Origin: Chrysomallon squamiferum
Taxonomy: Eukaryota; Animalia; Mollusca
DNA length: 64,000 nucleotides
Direction of reading: 5' to 3'
NCBI GenBank assembly: GCA_012295275.1
Contig: CM022665.1
Coordinates: 17,670,001 to 17,734,000 of the forward strand
The position numbers were made by a program, and so were the translations under genes. Each line of letters starts with the position of its first letter. Positions within the stretch are counted from its first letter, which is position 1. Under the pieces are notes generated by a model. The model worked only from the letters and a program-made list of their open reading frames with translations. It made no database searches and was not told where the DNA came from. Shown in pieces: positions 27,288-39,807 of this stretch.

Positions 27288-30200
27288 GCAAGTGTACACA
27301 TTATAAGAATGACAATAATTATATAAAGTCAAATTACAAAAATGAATGACATATCTGTATTGTTTTAAAGGTATGGTATGATGTTGGATTTGAAAATTTA
27401 GATGTGTTATTTAAACAAAAAATGATAATAATAATATTTTATCATAATTTAAAAAATAAAATTATATAGAATTTTTTCTTTTTTTATCTTTTTTTTTCCT
27501 TTTACATAATTCACAGATTTCTACTTTTTAATTAAAAATTTTTTTGTTAAAATGATTTTATACTGATTTTTATTTATGAAGACAAACAATTTTTCAAATT
27601 AATTTTATTTTAAAGGGGATAAAATTTACAATAAGTTATTTTATTTATGTTTTAGTTTTAGTGGTTTTTTGTGTTTTCTTTTAATTTAATTAATTAATTT
27701 ATTTATTTATTTTGTTGTTACTGTTTTTATTTTTTTAAATGCTGACAAAGATCAATGGAATAATTAATCAAAATAAGAAATACTGATACTAAATTTTTGC
27801 AGAAACTGTTATAGACATGTACTTCCTTTTCATTTTAAAAAATACTGAAATACTTATGTTAATATTTGCATGGGATAACTATTCCAAAATATTATTTAGA
27901 ACTGAAATTAATTTCGATTGCCTGAACTATCTTTTTGAACAACATTAGTGTTAGTTTGTTGAAAGAGTAGTTAAAGGTAAGGGAATTTGTTGTGGTATAT
28001 GCTTTCCAATTCTATGTAGTAGCTGATAAATGGTCTTGATCCCAATACTTTCCAGTTTTGAGCTAATAATTTAATTACTTTTAATTTATTCCCCCTTGCC
28101 TAATGGATTCCCTCTAACTCCTGGTCAAAAAGAATTTTCACAATTATCTCAAAGTAAATTGTAACTTTTTTGGCTGTCATTATAGCTGGTGTGACATGGA
28201 TAAAAGGTTGTTGGTTTTGGTTTAAAACATGAGTGATAAGTTTCTGGTAGAGGGAAGAATATTTTAATTGGCTGAAAATTAAAACATTACAGTAGTAAAA
28301 AACCAAAAACTGTTATATCAGTTTTGTTAGGTTTGTTCTGAATGATGATTGTATAATAATCCTAAAGAGACTGAGAATCATACAGAGATAAAGAGAGATA
28401 AAAAAGGATTCAGAAAAAAAAGAGAGCTGTAGAGATACAGATTATGAAAGACAGACAGAGATCTAGAGACAGTTTCAGAATGAGGTAGAGAGAGAAAGAG
28501 AGAGATAAAGATTCCCGAAGGAGAGAAAGACAGAGAGAGAGATAAATAAAAAGAAAGTGAGAGATATCCGGGAGAGAAAAAAAAAAAAAAGTTTAAATGT
28601 ATCAAATAAAAATGTAAATAAATGAGAAGATAATGATAATAAAAATATGAGCAACAACACCAAAATAATAATAATAAGGTAAAAACAACACCAACAACAA
28701 CAACATAATAATAATAATAATAATAATGATAGTAATGTTTTATTTACATATCAGACTCAACCTTTCCTAACAATGAATTATAATGTCATATTTTTATTTA
28801 TTTCCACTTTTGTCATATCTAACAGGGAAATGTAAAAAACGACTCCCTCAAAACAAATTCACCAATGACTAACTATCAGTTACGGCAAACTAGCGAGCAA
28901 TTAGTGTATCTATCACTTTACTACTAATAAAGTAGACTAAGTAAGAAAGACTTCATTGACAAAGCTGTGATATGTATCTCTATGATCTCACAAACTAAAT
29001 AACACTAACGCTATACTAGTGAGGTGAAAACTAACTACTGAACATTGGTTTTAATTGTTACCTGTTGAAGGTAACACCTGATTAAAGTATAGGTGTTGTG
29101 TTTCTTACAGGTGTGTCTATATTTGTATGACTAAATCTACACATTTGTGTTACAGTTTGTATACTTTGTAGACTCCCTGTTAAGTGTGTGTCTGTGTCTG
29201 TGGGTGTCTGTTTATGTGTGAATGTATATGTGTATACATATGTGTGTATATGTGTGAATGTTTATATGTGTGTCTGTGTGTGAATGTAGAAATGTATATA
29301 TATGTAAGTACATGCGTATGTTTGTATTTATGTAAGTATGTATGAATTTATATATATATGTATGTAATGCATGTATGCACATATACAAGTATATGTGTGT
29401 ATGTGTCTGTGGTATGAACTGTTTAAACTATTGATATAATATTAATTTTAGAAGAATATTTACTTGCACTGTTATTCTGTTCAATTTTTTATATTAATAC
29501 TGATAAACAGTTATTTTCATTAACACTTTCATCTTTTAAAATCTTATACATTTTAAAACTTATTACATTTAGCAATTTGATAGTTAAAACAGTTTTACAT
29601 TTTATAATCTGAGACACTGTAAAACATTTGCATTTTACAATTTGACACATTATAAAAGTTTTATATTTTAAAATTCATCACATTTTACAATACTCTTACA
29701 TATTAATTTAGCACATTTTGAAATTTGACACATTTTAAAACAATGTTTTAAAATGAGAGTTAATTGATGCAGCTGTTTATATTTAGTTAGCAGACCTTAA
29801 ACTTAAAAAATCAATAACTGAGACACAGTACACATCATCATCATCAACATCTTTTGTTTAACATGACGTCATTGAAACCCAGCTGTTGTAGTTGCTGTAA
29901 TTAGAGGTTCTCAAAACTGACAGCAATGAAGTTGTGACAAGTTTTATATTTCAGAATTGCTCATAGTACAAATACAGTAACGGCTATGGTACTAAAATGG
30001 GAATATAAAATATAATTATTTAAAAATTCAGATTAGAGTTTACTTTTTTTCCAGTGACTGACAATTCTGCTAAAGTAAATGTTTATTTGTGTGTGGGTGA
30101 AAGTAAAGACATTTTAGATAAATGATCAGCATTTACATTAGTGAGGCGTTTTAAAATGATCCTAATTTAGGTTACCTTTTAACAACATGTTAAATTTAAA

Positions 30201-32333
30201 ACAGAATTATTGTACTGATATTTTAATTTATTAATTTACAGAGAAAATGTATTATTTATATTATCATATTTATAATGAAAATGATGCAAAGATAAATGAA
30301 TAAAATAAAATAAAATAAATGATAATCCACACAGTAACAGCGACAATAACAACAACAACGATGATAATGACATTAAAAAAAAAAATACTAACAAAAATAA
30401 ATATATATTCTTGCTGTAATACACACACATAACAATAATAATAACAACAATAACCACAATAATAACAATAACAATGATAATAATAGCAACAAATAATAAT
30501 AACAATAATAACAAGAGCAAATAATAATAATAATAAAAATAACTAATAATAAAAACAATAACAATAAGAGCAATATCAACAACAATAACAATGACAATAA
30601 CAATAACAACACCAACAACAGCAACAATAATAATAATCATAATTATTGTCATCATCATTATCATCATTATCCTTCTTCAGGCATCCTTTTATTTGAAGAT
30701 AACTGTAATATTTTCATAGTGTAAAAGATAACTCTTTTCCAGAGCTGACACCAAGATGCTGCCAGCAGAGAGAAAATATTGTTATATTCTGAGAGGGCAT
30801 CTTTGTTATTAACATAACTTTAAACGTTTGCTGTTAGTAAATTTATATTAGAATTGAGGGCAGGTCAGAAAATCTTAGTCAAGGTAAAAATGAAGAAGGT
30901 AAACCGAGAATTTTGGTTTATAATTTTCAATTACAAGTGACTGTGGTGAAAAGAATATACTTTAATTTTTGGAAAAATTTAAAGTTAATAATTTAAAAAC
31001 AACAAACAAACAAACAAAGTAAAATTATTTAATTTAAATAATAATAAAAAAAAAATAAGGACAAATTTAAACTAATATAAAATTTAGGATTTTTTTTTTT
31101 ATTGTAAATTTAAAAAAAATTAATTGGATTAATTAATTGTAAAAAGAAAGATTTTAAAAATTAAGAGGATCAAAAAAAGGTAAAATTTCAGCGTACGTTA
31201 AGTGCTGTTGTTTAAGACTAAAAGGAAAACATTGTCTTTATAACTGTGTTTGAAAATGTTCTTGTTCAAATCGTGAGTTGATTGAAATACCTGTGTAGCT
31301 GTAATGAGTTTTCTAACTGTAACAGGTTCCACTGCTTACCTTGTCTTGTTTACTCTTGCCTGTTGTTTACAACCTGTGTTTGACCTAATTCATTTTATCA
31401 TCTAATCAATGCTCAAATTTATTGCAGTACTTTTTTATTGACCCAAAGTTTGGTTTTAAGTTGCCTGGTACTAAAATTGAAAATTGAATTTTGGAAAAAT
31501 AATCAATTTTTTTAAAATAAACAATTACTTTAAGTTTGAAAAAGGTAATCAGCTTAGAAATAATTACATAAAATTAAAATTTAAAAAAATTTAGTTTTTT
31601 AAAAATTAATTTTTTTTGATTTTACTAGTTATTTCTTTCTTGACTTAGTTTTTAAAGAGAATATTATGCTATTGAAATAAAAATGTTCTTTTTTTATAAA
31701 TAGAAAAAATAAAAAAGGCAATATCCATCTTATTATGTTTTACAGTAAAAATAAATATTGTTTTAATCTTTTCTTTCTCCTACATCCAGTCATTATTAGC
31801 AAATTTCGATTTATATTTGTTATTTCTTAAATTTTTAAAATATTCACATTATTAGGAGAAATCTTAATAAACAGCTCATTCATTGTGGCTGATCTGCAAA
31901 CTGCTGCTTCTTATCAGTATTATTACATTGTTATTATATTATTGTTCTAATATTATTATATATACTGTATGGATGATGAGAAGTATTTGTTATATAAAAG
32001 GTTGTGTGTATAAGTGAAATGCCAATTTAACTCAACATGTGATGAGTTTTTTGGTGATGCTGCACACATAAATAAGTTAATTCAGCATATGAAGAGCTTT
32101 CTGTGTTTGTGTGTGGATAGTTAAGTTAACACAAAATATAAAGATTTTTGTGTTGGTTCATGCACAGATAAGCGAATTCATTATATGAAGAAACTGTTTT
32201 GGTGTTGGTGCATTCATAGATCATTTAATTCAACATATAAGATTTCTTTTTTGCCAAAAAGCTTACAAACCATTTATCACTTTTAAAGAAAAAGCATGCA
32301 AAAAGAAACTAAAAGATTACTGTTATTATTGTT

Positions 32334-32372
<39 letters not shown>

Positions 32373-32597
32373 ATTTTTGTTACTGTTGTTGCAATTGCAT
32401 TCATAGTAGTTGTTGGAAATAGGTTTGCTGAATATTTTTGTTTTATATTTTCACCTAAAACTTAGGATACTGGACATATTTTATATTACATAATTTATTA
32501 TCTAAAAACACAGAATAAACAAATATTTTTCCATATTACTATAATAATAAATATGTGATTTTATATTTAACCATTTATTATTGTTTTAATTTTTCAG

Positions 32598-32669
32598 TTT
32601 AAATACAAAAGACGAGTTTACAAGGTTATGCAGATAAACCCAAGAAAACTGAAACAGCTGCATACAAAA
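32598..32669 (+). CDS. SHANK: SHANK coding exon 4 (FKYKRRVYKVMQINPRKLKQLHTK)
   Basis: ttttcag| acceptor, AAA|GTGAGT donor. Matches SHANK F(R/K)YKRRVY...LHTK. Confidence 0.95.
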
Positions 32670-33285
32670 GTGAGTGTTTTTCTTGTTTATTTCAAGTTTT
32701 GTTTTCATTGGATGTTGTGGAGGGCAACAAAAAGAGAGAGACTGATAGTGAAAGACAGAGGGAAACAATAAGAGAGAGAGATCTACAGAAAAAGAGAGAA
32801 AGATTCAGACTGATAGATGTAGAAGAGACAGAGAGAAAGAGAGAGAGAGAGAGAGGACGACAGAATGAAAAACTGAGAAATAAATAGTGAGGCACAAATG
32901 GATAGACAGAAAGAGACAGAGAGAGCTAGGGAGAGATACAGAGCATGAAAAAGAAAGAAAGAAACACAGACATAAAGACAGAAAGACAAAGAGAGAGACA
33001 GAGAGAAATGGAGAAAAGGAGAAAGAAATAAGAAAGAGATTATTTGTTATATTGTTCATATATTATTATTAAGTTTGTGTTTTTAATTTAAAACAATATC
33101 ATCCTTAATAATATCTTAATTTCAGAAAAATATCAGTTTTAGAATAACAATAATCTTTCCTTGTTTAAAGCTGTGGCCACCATACACACTCAACTTTCAG
33201 TAAAAGTCCAAATATGTCTTCCATCACCTTTGTCATTGTGACATTTTCACCTCACCTTGTTACTTCCTTTGATTTACAGGTGCAG

Positions 33286-33298
33286 TGACCTTTGACCT
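33286..33298 (-). promoter_or_regulatory. Perfect DR1 nuclear-receptor element (AGGTCA A AGGTCA)
   Basis: TGACCTTTGACCT on the + strand in a non-repetitive island of intron 4. Consensus for COUP-TF/HNF4/RXR-type binding; function untested. Confidence 0.35.
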
Positions 33299-33843
33299 GT
33301 CCTGTGTACACACATTTCCCTCTTTAATGGGGAAAGCTTTCTTTTATATGAGTTTTTACGTTTGTTTTGTAGTCAGACTTGTAGAACTTAATGGGTCATT
33401 TTGTCTGCCAAAGAATGTCATAGTATAGGTATTTTGTGTGTCAAACAGTGTACTCAACTGTAGTTAATTACTTTGTTTATCACAGGTATAAAACAGTATC
33501 ATAACCATGGTAATTAATAAAAGAAACAAAGCAAACAAAAAAAAACCCCAAAAACCCAAAACTATAAGTAAATAAATACATGTAAATTTATTTATTTATT
33601 TAATTATTTTCATTTCTTTTTTTTATTTATTTAATTTTTTTATATTGTATTTCATTTAATTCATTTTGTTATTCTTAAATATTCCATTATTTCCCAATTT
33701 AATTAAAAAATTTGATTATCCTGATTTATCTGTTAAAAAAATGTATTCGGGCTTATTGTTATTATTTTGAATCTAAATCATAATAAAAAAAATGTATATA
33801 CTTGTATGTTTATTTTAAACTTATTTAATTTTTTTTTTTTCAG

Positions 33844-33952
33844 TCAAATCTGAAAAGCTTTCTTGAGTATGTTAGAAATGGAAATGTTGAAAAAATCAAC
33901 AAAGCAACAAACAAAGGACTGGATCCTAATTTCCATGACCCAGACAGTGGAG
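33844..33952 (+). CDS. SHANK: SHANK coding exon 5 (SNLKSFLEYVRNGNVEKINKATNKGLDPNFHDPDSG), first ankyrin-like repeat
   Basis: poly-T+cag| acceptor, GAG|GTAAAA donor, phase 0-1. KGLDPNFHDPDSGE is the SHANK motif. Confidence 0.95.
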
Positions 33953-34301
33953 GTAAAAAACAAACTAAAAAAAACCAAACAAATAAACAAAACATAAAGA
34001 AAACAACAACAAACAGAAGAAAAAAAAAGAAGGAAAATTATGACAAAAATGTTAAAAAAAAAAAGAAAAAAAAAGACTGTACATAAAGGACAAAGTAAAA
34101 TATATTTAAATTTATTTATGTAGAAATAAACCATAGAAATGTTTGATATTAAATAATTTTAAGTAAATAAAATCGAATTATATTAAAAATAAATATAATA
34201 CATTATATTAAAATAAGATAATAAAATTATATTAAAAATAAATAAAATAAAATTATGTTAAAATTAAATAACATGAAAGTATATTAAAATAAAATAAAGT
34301 A

Positions 34302-34366
34302 ATGAATGTTTAATGATACCCCAGCATGAAAAACATAATGGCTATGGGGTGTCAAACAAAGGTAAA
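34302..34366. mobile_element. Short hairpin-shaped interspersed-repeat fragment (SINE/MITE-like)
   Basis: TGTTTAATGATACCCCAGC...GCTATGGGGTGTCAAACA is an imperfect inverted repeat inserted in AT-rich sequence. From memory it resembles a repeat common in some gastropod genomes (unverified). Confidence 0.4.
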
Positions 34367-35204
34367 TATAACAAAATGGTCAAATAAAGTAAAATTATAT
34401 TAAAATTAAATGAAATGAAATTAATATGATATAATAAATTCAACACTAATAATAATAAAGTATAATTAAGTAAAATGTTTATTATTACTTTTAACATGCA
34501 TTACAATTACATAAATGACATACATAAAATTAACTGTGACTCATTATTACTTTAATTTCTCCAAATATCTTTTGAATTTCTTAAATAATGTTTAAATAAG
34601 AGCTGAGTATGTTTTACATGTGAAACAACAATCTTTTAACAATATATTTTGTAAAAATCCTTTGTTACAATTATTCTGGTTGAAAATATAGAAACTTAAA
34701 ATATACAAAATTGTAATTCATTATTATCAATAATCACAGAATAATGCATTATTTTTTTTGCTTTTAAATCTTACAACTTTCTTTAAAAAAACATTTGCCT
34801 ACAAATTTGTTTTAACTATATAAGAAAGAAGGTATATAGCCATTATATTGATTTTTAGCTTTTAAATCTTGAAACATACTAGTTTTCTTTTAAAAAAAAA
34901 ATATAAAAATGAAAACACAAAAATTAATGGGTTTTTGGGGGGGGGTTTTGGCCAACAAAATTTATTTTCCCTGCATAAGCAAGAATGTATTTGTTTAAGA
35001 AAGCAGTTGCACTTAGCAAACATGGCTATTTTGAGACATGGTTTTTCATGATGCAGTCTAAAACAATGTGTCCTTGTAGTAAAGAAAGAGAGAAAAAATC
35101 TTCTCCAGGTGAAATGTCAACAGAATGATATAGCCTTGACTGCAGAGTGAACATCACAATGTGTTACCAGAAAAATCAATCTTCAACTCTCTGCTATTTT
35201 ACTT

Positions 35205-35325
35205 GCAGTTTTAAAACGGTTACATTTACATGTGGTTTTAAAACTGTAACATTTACATGTAGTTTTAAAACTGTTACATTTACATGTAGTTTTAGAACAT
35301 TTACATTTTGACATTTTACATACAG
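35205..35325. repeat. ~26-bp tandem repeat (GTTTTAAAACTGTTACATTTACATGTA), about 4 copies
   Basis: Direct observation. Confidence 0.85.
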
Positions 35326-35794
35326 TTACACATAATTGTCACTTTTAATTTTTGTAAATTTCTGTTTCTAATATAACTTTTATAACTATTTGTGATGAAG
35401 ATTTTGAAATCTTCTAGATATCACATGTCAATGTAACATTATTAATTTATATAATGAAAATGTATTAGATCTAGAATTATTACAGATTTTATGTTCATGT
35501 TTCAAATCATTGTGTAGGATATTGTTTGTTACTATTAGACTTTTCAATGTTCATTTACCTTTTTTTAATATTTTATTTCTTCACAATTGTTGTTGTTATT
35601 ATTATTATATTTTATTTTTTTTTTTATTCTTATTTTTTAAACTATTATTTAAATTTTATTTATTTATTTATTTATTATTGTTTTGTTATTTATTATTCTT
35701 CAGAACTTTTAAAATTATTTTGATTAAGAAAAACATTCTTCTGAAATTCAAAAGTTTGGTAAATTTAAAATATAGTCAATTCTTCTTTATGAAA

Positions 35795-35838
<44 letters not shown>

Positions 35839-36410
35839 TGCTGTATTTTAATGTTAGAATAAAAACAAAATAAAAAATAAATAAATATTTGTATAAACTA
35901 AGACAGTGCAATGATCAAGACTTAGAAATAATACAAAATGTGAATAAGCATTAATATTTAAAAATGGAATGTTGTTAATAATATAATTATTATAGATGGA
36001 TGATTAAAAAAAAATAGATATGGAATGATGAAGAAGCTTGAATAGATAAGAATGCCACTGGATTAGTTTTAACTACATGAATAAATAAATAAACTGAATA
36101 ATAAATAAATAGATAGACAAATAAGGAAAATAAATGAATAAACAGACAGATACATAGATAGATAGATAAACAGATAAATAAACAGGCTGAGAGATAGACA
36201 GATAGATAGATGAATAAATAAATAAATAAATAAATGAATAATGAGAATAATGTTTTTAACTTTTCCATCTATTATTTTTCAATTATTATTTTTTTATTTT
36301 ATATTAATCACCACAACAAGATTATTAATTTTTTAATTTAATTTAATTTAATTTAATTTTTTTATTATAATTATTATTATTTTTAATTTTATATTTTATT
36401 TTTTGTACAG

Positions 36411-36568
36411 AGACTCCTCTAACAATTGCAGTGACGTTAGGACGAGAGAACTGTCGAGATGTCATCATCAATCTTGTGAGTGGGGGTGCACACATCGACT
36501 TCCGCAACAAACAGGGACTGTCCCCCATGCACAGAGCTGCCATTGTAGGAAGCATAGAAGCAGTGCAG
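36411..36568 (+). CDS. SHANK: SHANK coding exon 6 (ETPLTIAVTLGRENCRDVIINLVSGGAHIDFRNKQGLSPMHRAAIVGSIEAVQ), ankyrin repeats
   Basis: tgtacag| acceptor, CAG|GTGTGC donor, phase 1-0. GGAHIDFR motif. Confidence 0.95.
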
Positions 36569-37167
36569 GTGTGCTGACATTATGATAAAAAATATATATA
36601 TATATATGAAAATGTTTATTTTGTACAAAATTTTGAATTATTTTTTTATAATTAATGAAATTTGTATTGAAAGAAGAAAAAAACCTGTTTATTATTTAAT
36701 TTTTTATTTTGTAAATTTTTTAAAATTAATATATAAACAATTTTTTTTGTGAAAGGTGATGTATAAGAATTATATTAAAAAAAAAATTCTGTTTTTATTT
36801 AAAAACATATATATATATATATATTATGTATAAGTGTTATTTAGTTTTTAGATTCCAGTTGACAGTTGAAAGCCTTTGTATTTTGAGCTGTAACTTGCAT
36901 GAACATACCATAATTATTATTCTTGTCATTAAACGGAAGAATATCATGTTTTACATTCATATTTAGTTTTGTTATTTAATTTTTCAAAATTTTTTATACA
37001 ATAAAATTATATTTTTGAAAGCTGAAAGACCCTTTTATGTTATTCCTGTAGCAAAAAATAGTAAATGGCAACTCTTCAGCAACAGCTACAAAAAGCATTA
37101 CCTTATAAGTTAAAAATATTACCTTAATATAGTCTCCCAAAAATTCGACTTATACACAAGTATATAC

Positions 37168-37212
<45 letters not shown>

Positions 37213-37437
37213 ATTGTTTTTGTTGTTGTTATTTTTATTATTATTCTTGTTATTGTTGTCACAGTTATCATTATCATTATTATTATTAATTTTATTATTA
37301 GTAGTAGTAGAAGTTGTAATATCATTAACAATATCATTACAATTATTATTATTGTTACATTATCATCATTATTATTATATTGTTATTATAATCATCATCA
37401 TACTTATTATTATTACTATTACTATTATTATTACTAC

Positions 37438-37480
<43 letters not shown>

Positions 37481-37515
37481 GTTATTATTATTGTTATTAT
37501 TATTCTGACTTCCAG

Positions 37516-37683
37516 GCTCTCCTAGATTTGGGAGCATCACCAAACTACAAAGATGCGAGGGGGCTGACACCAATCTATTACTGCGTATCTAATGACACAA
37601 ACCCACTCTGTGCTGAAATACTGCTCCATGAACGTTCACAAATCAACATTCAGGATGAGCAGGGCTGGTTTGAGATCCACCAG
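37516..37683 (+). CDS. SHANK: SHANK coding exon 7 (ALLDLGASPNYKDARGLTPIYYCVSNDTNPLCAEILLHERSQINIQDEQGWFEIHQ), ankyrin repeats
   Basis: ttccag| acceptor, CAG|GTAAAT donor, phase 0-0. LLDLGASP.YKD.RGLTP and GW.EIHQ motifs. Confidence 0.96.
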
Positions 37684-38436
37684 GTAAATAACACTACACA
37701 CATTTAAAATACCTTTATCTATTGTCTATTTTGTTTTGTTTTATTACAGTTGTTGGTTGATAATACTGGTTTATTACTTTGTTGTTGAAGTATATTTATG
37801 CTGGTATTATTATTATTAGTATTATTAATATTATTTTTGCTGTTGTTGTTGCTGTTGTTATTATTTATATTTTATTGTTGTTGTTGTTATTGTTATTATT
37901 ATTATTATTAGTTTTATTTAAGTTTATTTTATGATCAACACCTCCAAGTGTTTTTCTGTTTAAATCTGTGAGTTTTGTACGTACAAAGAGCGTATACATA
38001 TTTTATGTACTTTAGAGTGATAATTATTTGAAAAAAACCTTTGCTAATCATAAAGTGTAACTATAACAAAAGTGCAGATTTGTGTATATTGCCTATTTCT
38101 TTTATTTGTTGAATACTTTTAATATTATGTCTTTCTGAGAAATGTAAAAAGTAATACTGTTTGGTAGCTAATTTTATATAGTGAGAAATGATAATGGATG
38201 AAATTTATGACAGTCTGAGGAAGTAGCACATCAAGAATTATTTCCCTTGAATATCTCCATATCTGAATGGATTTTTTTTTTTTTACCTGTTATTAATTAT
38301 TTTAATTATTAGCAGTATTGTTGTTGTTATTATTTTGTATAATCATCAAAATAATAATAACTTATTTATTTATTTATTATGCATGTATAACCCAGTATTT
38401 TGTTATTCTAAATAATTCTATGTTTCCAATCACCAG

Positions 38437-38553
38437 GCTTGTCGCTATGGCAGAGTCCAGCATCTAGAACATCTGCTGTACTATGGAGCTGACATTGATG
38501 TTCAAAATGCTAGTGGGAACACCCCACTCCACGTCTGTGCCATAAACAACCAG
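38437..38553 (+). CDS. SHANK: SHANK coding exon 8 (ACRYGRVQHLEHLLYYGADIDVQNASGNTPLHVCAINNQ), ankyrin repeats
   Basis: caccag| acceptor, CAG|GTAACA donor, phase 0-0. VQHLEHLL.YGAD...QNASGNT.LH motif. Confidence 0.96.
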
Positions 38554-38918
38554 GTAACAAACAAATTAAAAATTATAGCTTTTTATTTTTATGAATTTTT
38601 AGCAGTTTCACAAATTTTATTTTAAAAACAAATATAATAAAATACATTTAAAAAAAAAAAAAAAAATTTAAATACAGCTTTTAATTTTTACCAGGATTAT
38701 AATTTTTTTTTTTTTTAAATCTATATCGTTAATAGTGTTATTAATAGTTGTATAATGTTATTTGTATGAAACAGCTGAATAATTCTTTATATGTAAAACA
38801 GCACTGCATAATGACTTGTATGTAAATGTGGTAAAACATTTTTAGGTAACCAGTTATTATTATTTGTATATAGCTAGTATACTATTATTAATATATGACT
38901 ATTGTACAATTGTTTGGA

Positions 38919-39647
38919 CATAAACAGTGCAGTATCACTAGTACATGACTACTGTACACTTCTTTGCACATAAACAGTGCAGTATCACTAGTACATGACT
39001 ACTGCACACTTCTTTGCACATAAACAGTGCAGTATCACTAGTACATGACTACTGCACACTTCTTTGCACATAAACAGTGCAGTATCACTAGTACATGACT
39101 ACTGCACACTTCTTTGCACATAAACAGTGCAGTATCACTAGTACATGACTACTGCACACTTCTTTGCACATAAACAGTGCACTATCACTAGTACATGACT
39201 ACTGTACACATAAACAGTGCAATATCACTAGTACATGACTACTGTACACTTCTTTGCACATAAGCAGTGCAATATCCATAATACATGACTACTGTACACA
39301 TAAACAGTGCAATATCACTAGTACATGACTACTGTACACTTCTTTGCACATAAACAGTGCAATATCCATAATACATGACTACTGTACGCTTCTTTGCACA
39401 TAAACAGTGCACTATCACTAGTACATGACTACTGTACACTTCTTTGTACATAAACAGTGCAATATCACTAGTACATGACTACTGTACACTTCTTTGCACA
39501 TAAACAGTGCAATATCCATAATACATGACTACTGTACGCTTCTTTGCACATAAACAGTGCAATATCACTAGTACATGACTACTGTACACTTCTTTGCACA
39601 TAAACAGTGCAATATCCATAATACATGACTACTGTACACTTCTTTGT
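38919..39647. repeat. 50-bp minisatellite, about 15 copies (two 40-bp deleted copies)
   Basis: Unit CATAAACAGTGCAGTATCACTAGTACATGACTACTGCACACTTCTTTGCA. TAAACAGTGC recurs at 38921, 38971, 39021, 39071, 39121, 39171, 39211, 39261 (variant), 39301, 39351, 39401, 39451, 39501, 39551 and 39601. Confidence 0.98.
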
Positions 39648-39662
39648 AACTCTGATTTTTAG

Positions 39663-39807
39663 GAGTCCTGTGCAAGGGTTCTGTTATTCCGAGGAGCCAA
39701 CAAAAATGTCATGAACTACAACAACCAGTCAGCATATGAGGTCGCCATCATCGCCAGCAACTTTGACTTGGCTGAGATCATCAAATCTTACAAATCAGAA
39801 GATGCAG
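39663..39807 (+). CDS. SHANK: SHANK coding exon 9 (ESCARVLLFRGANKNVMNYNNQSAYEVAIIASNFDLAEIIKSYKSEDA), last ankyrin repeats
   Basis: tttttag| acceptor, CAG|GTGAAT donor, phase 0-1. ESCARVLLFRGA motif. Confidence 0.96.

Noticed and set aside
31969-32005. ATGGATGATGAG...AAAG|GTTGTG as a possible internal first exon
   Set aside because: Weak donor, and its phase (2) does not match exon 4 (phase 0).
32687-33060. R/E/K-rich ORFs after exon 4
   Set aside because: GA-rich low-complexity intronic tract.
36343-36628. Minus-strand and alternate-frame ORFs overlapping exon 6 (likewise 37355-37573, 57436-57693, 57875-58072, 58598-58816)
   Set aside because: Shadow ORFs of GC-richer SHANK exons.
38919-39647. 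CRISPR-like appearance of the palindromic repeat array
   Set aside because: Units are contiguous with no unique spacers, there are no cas genes, and it lies in a eukaryotic intron.
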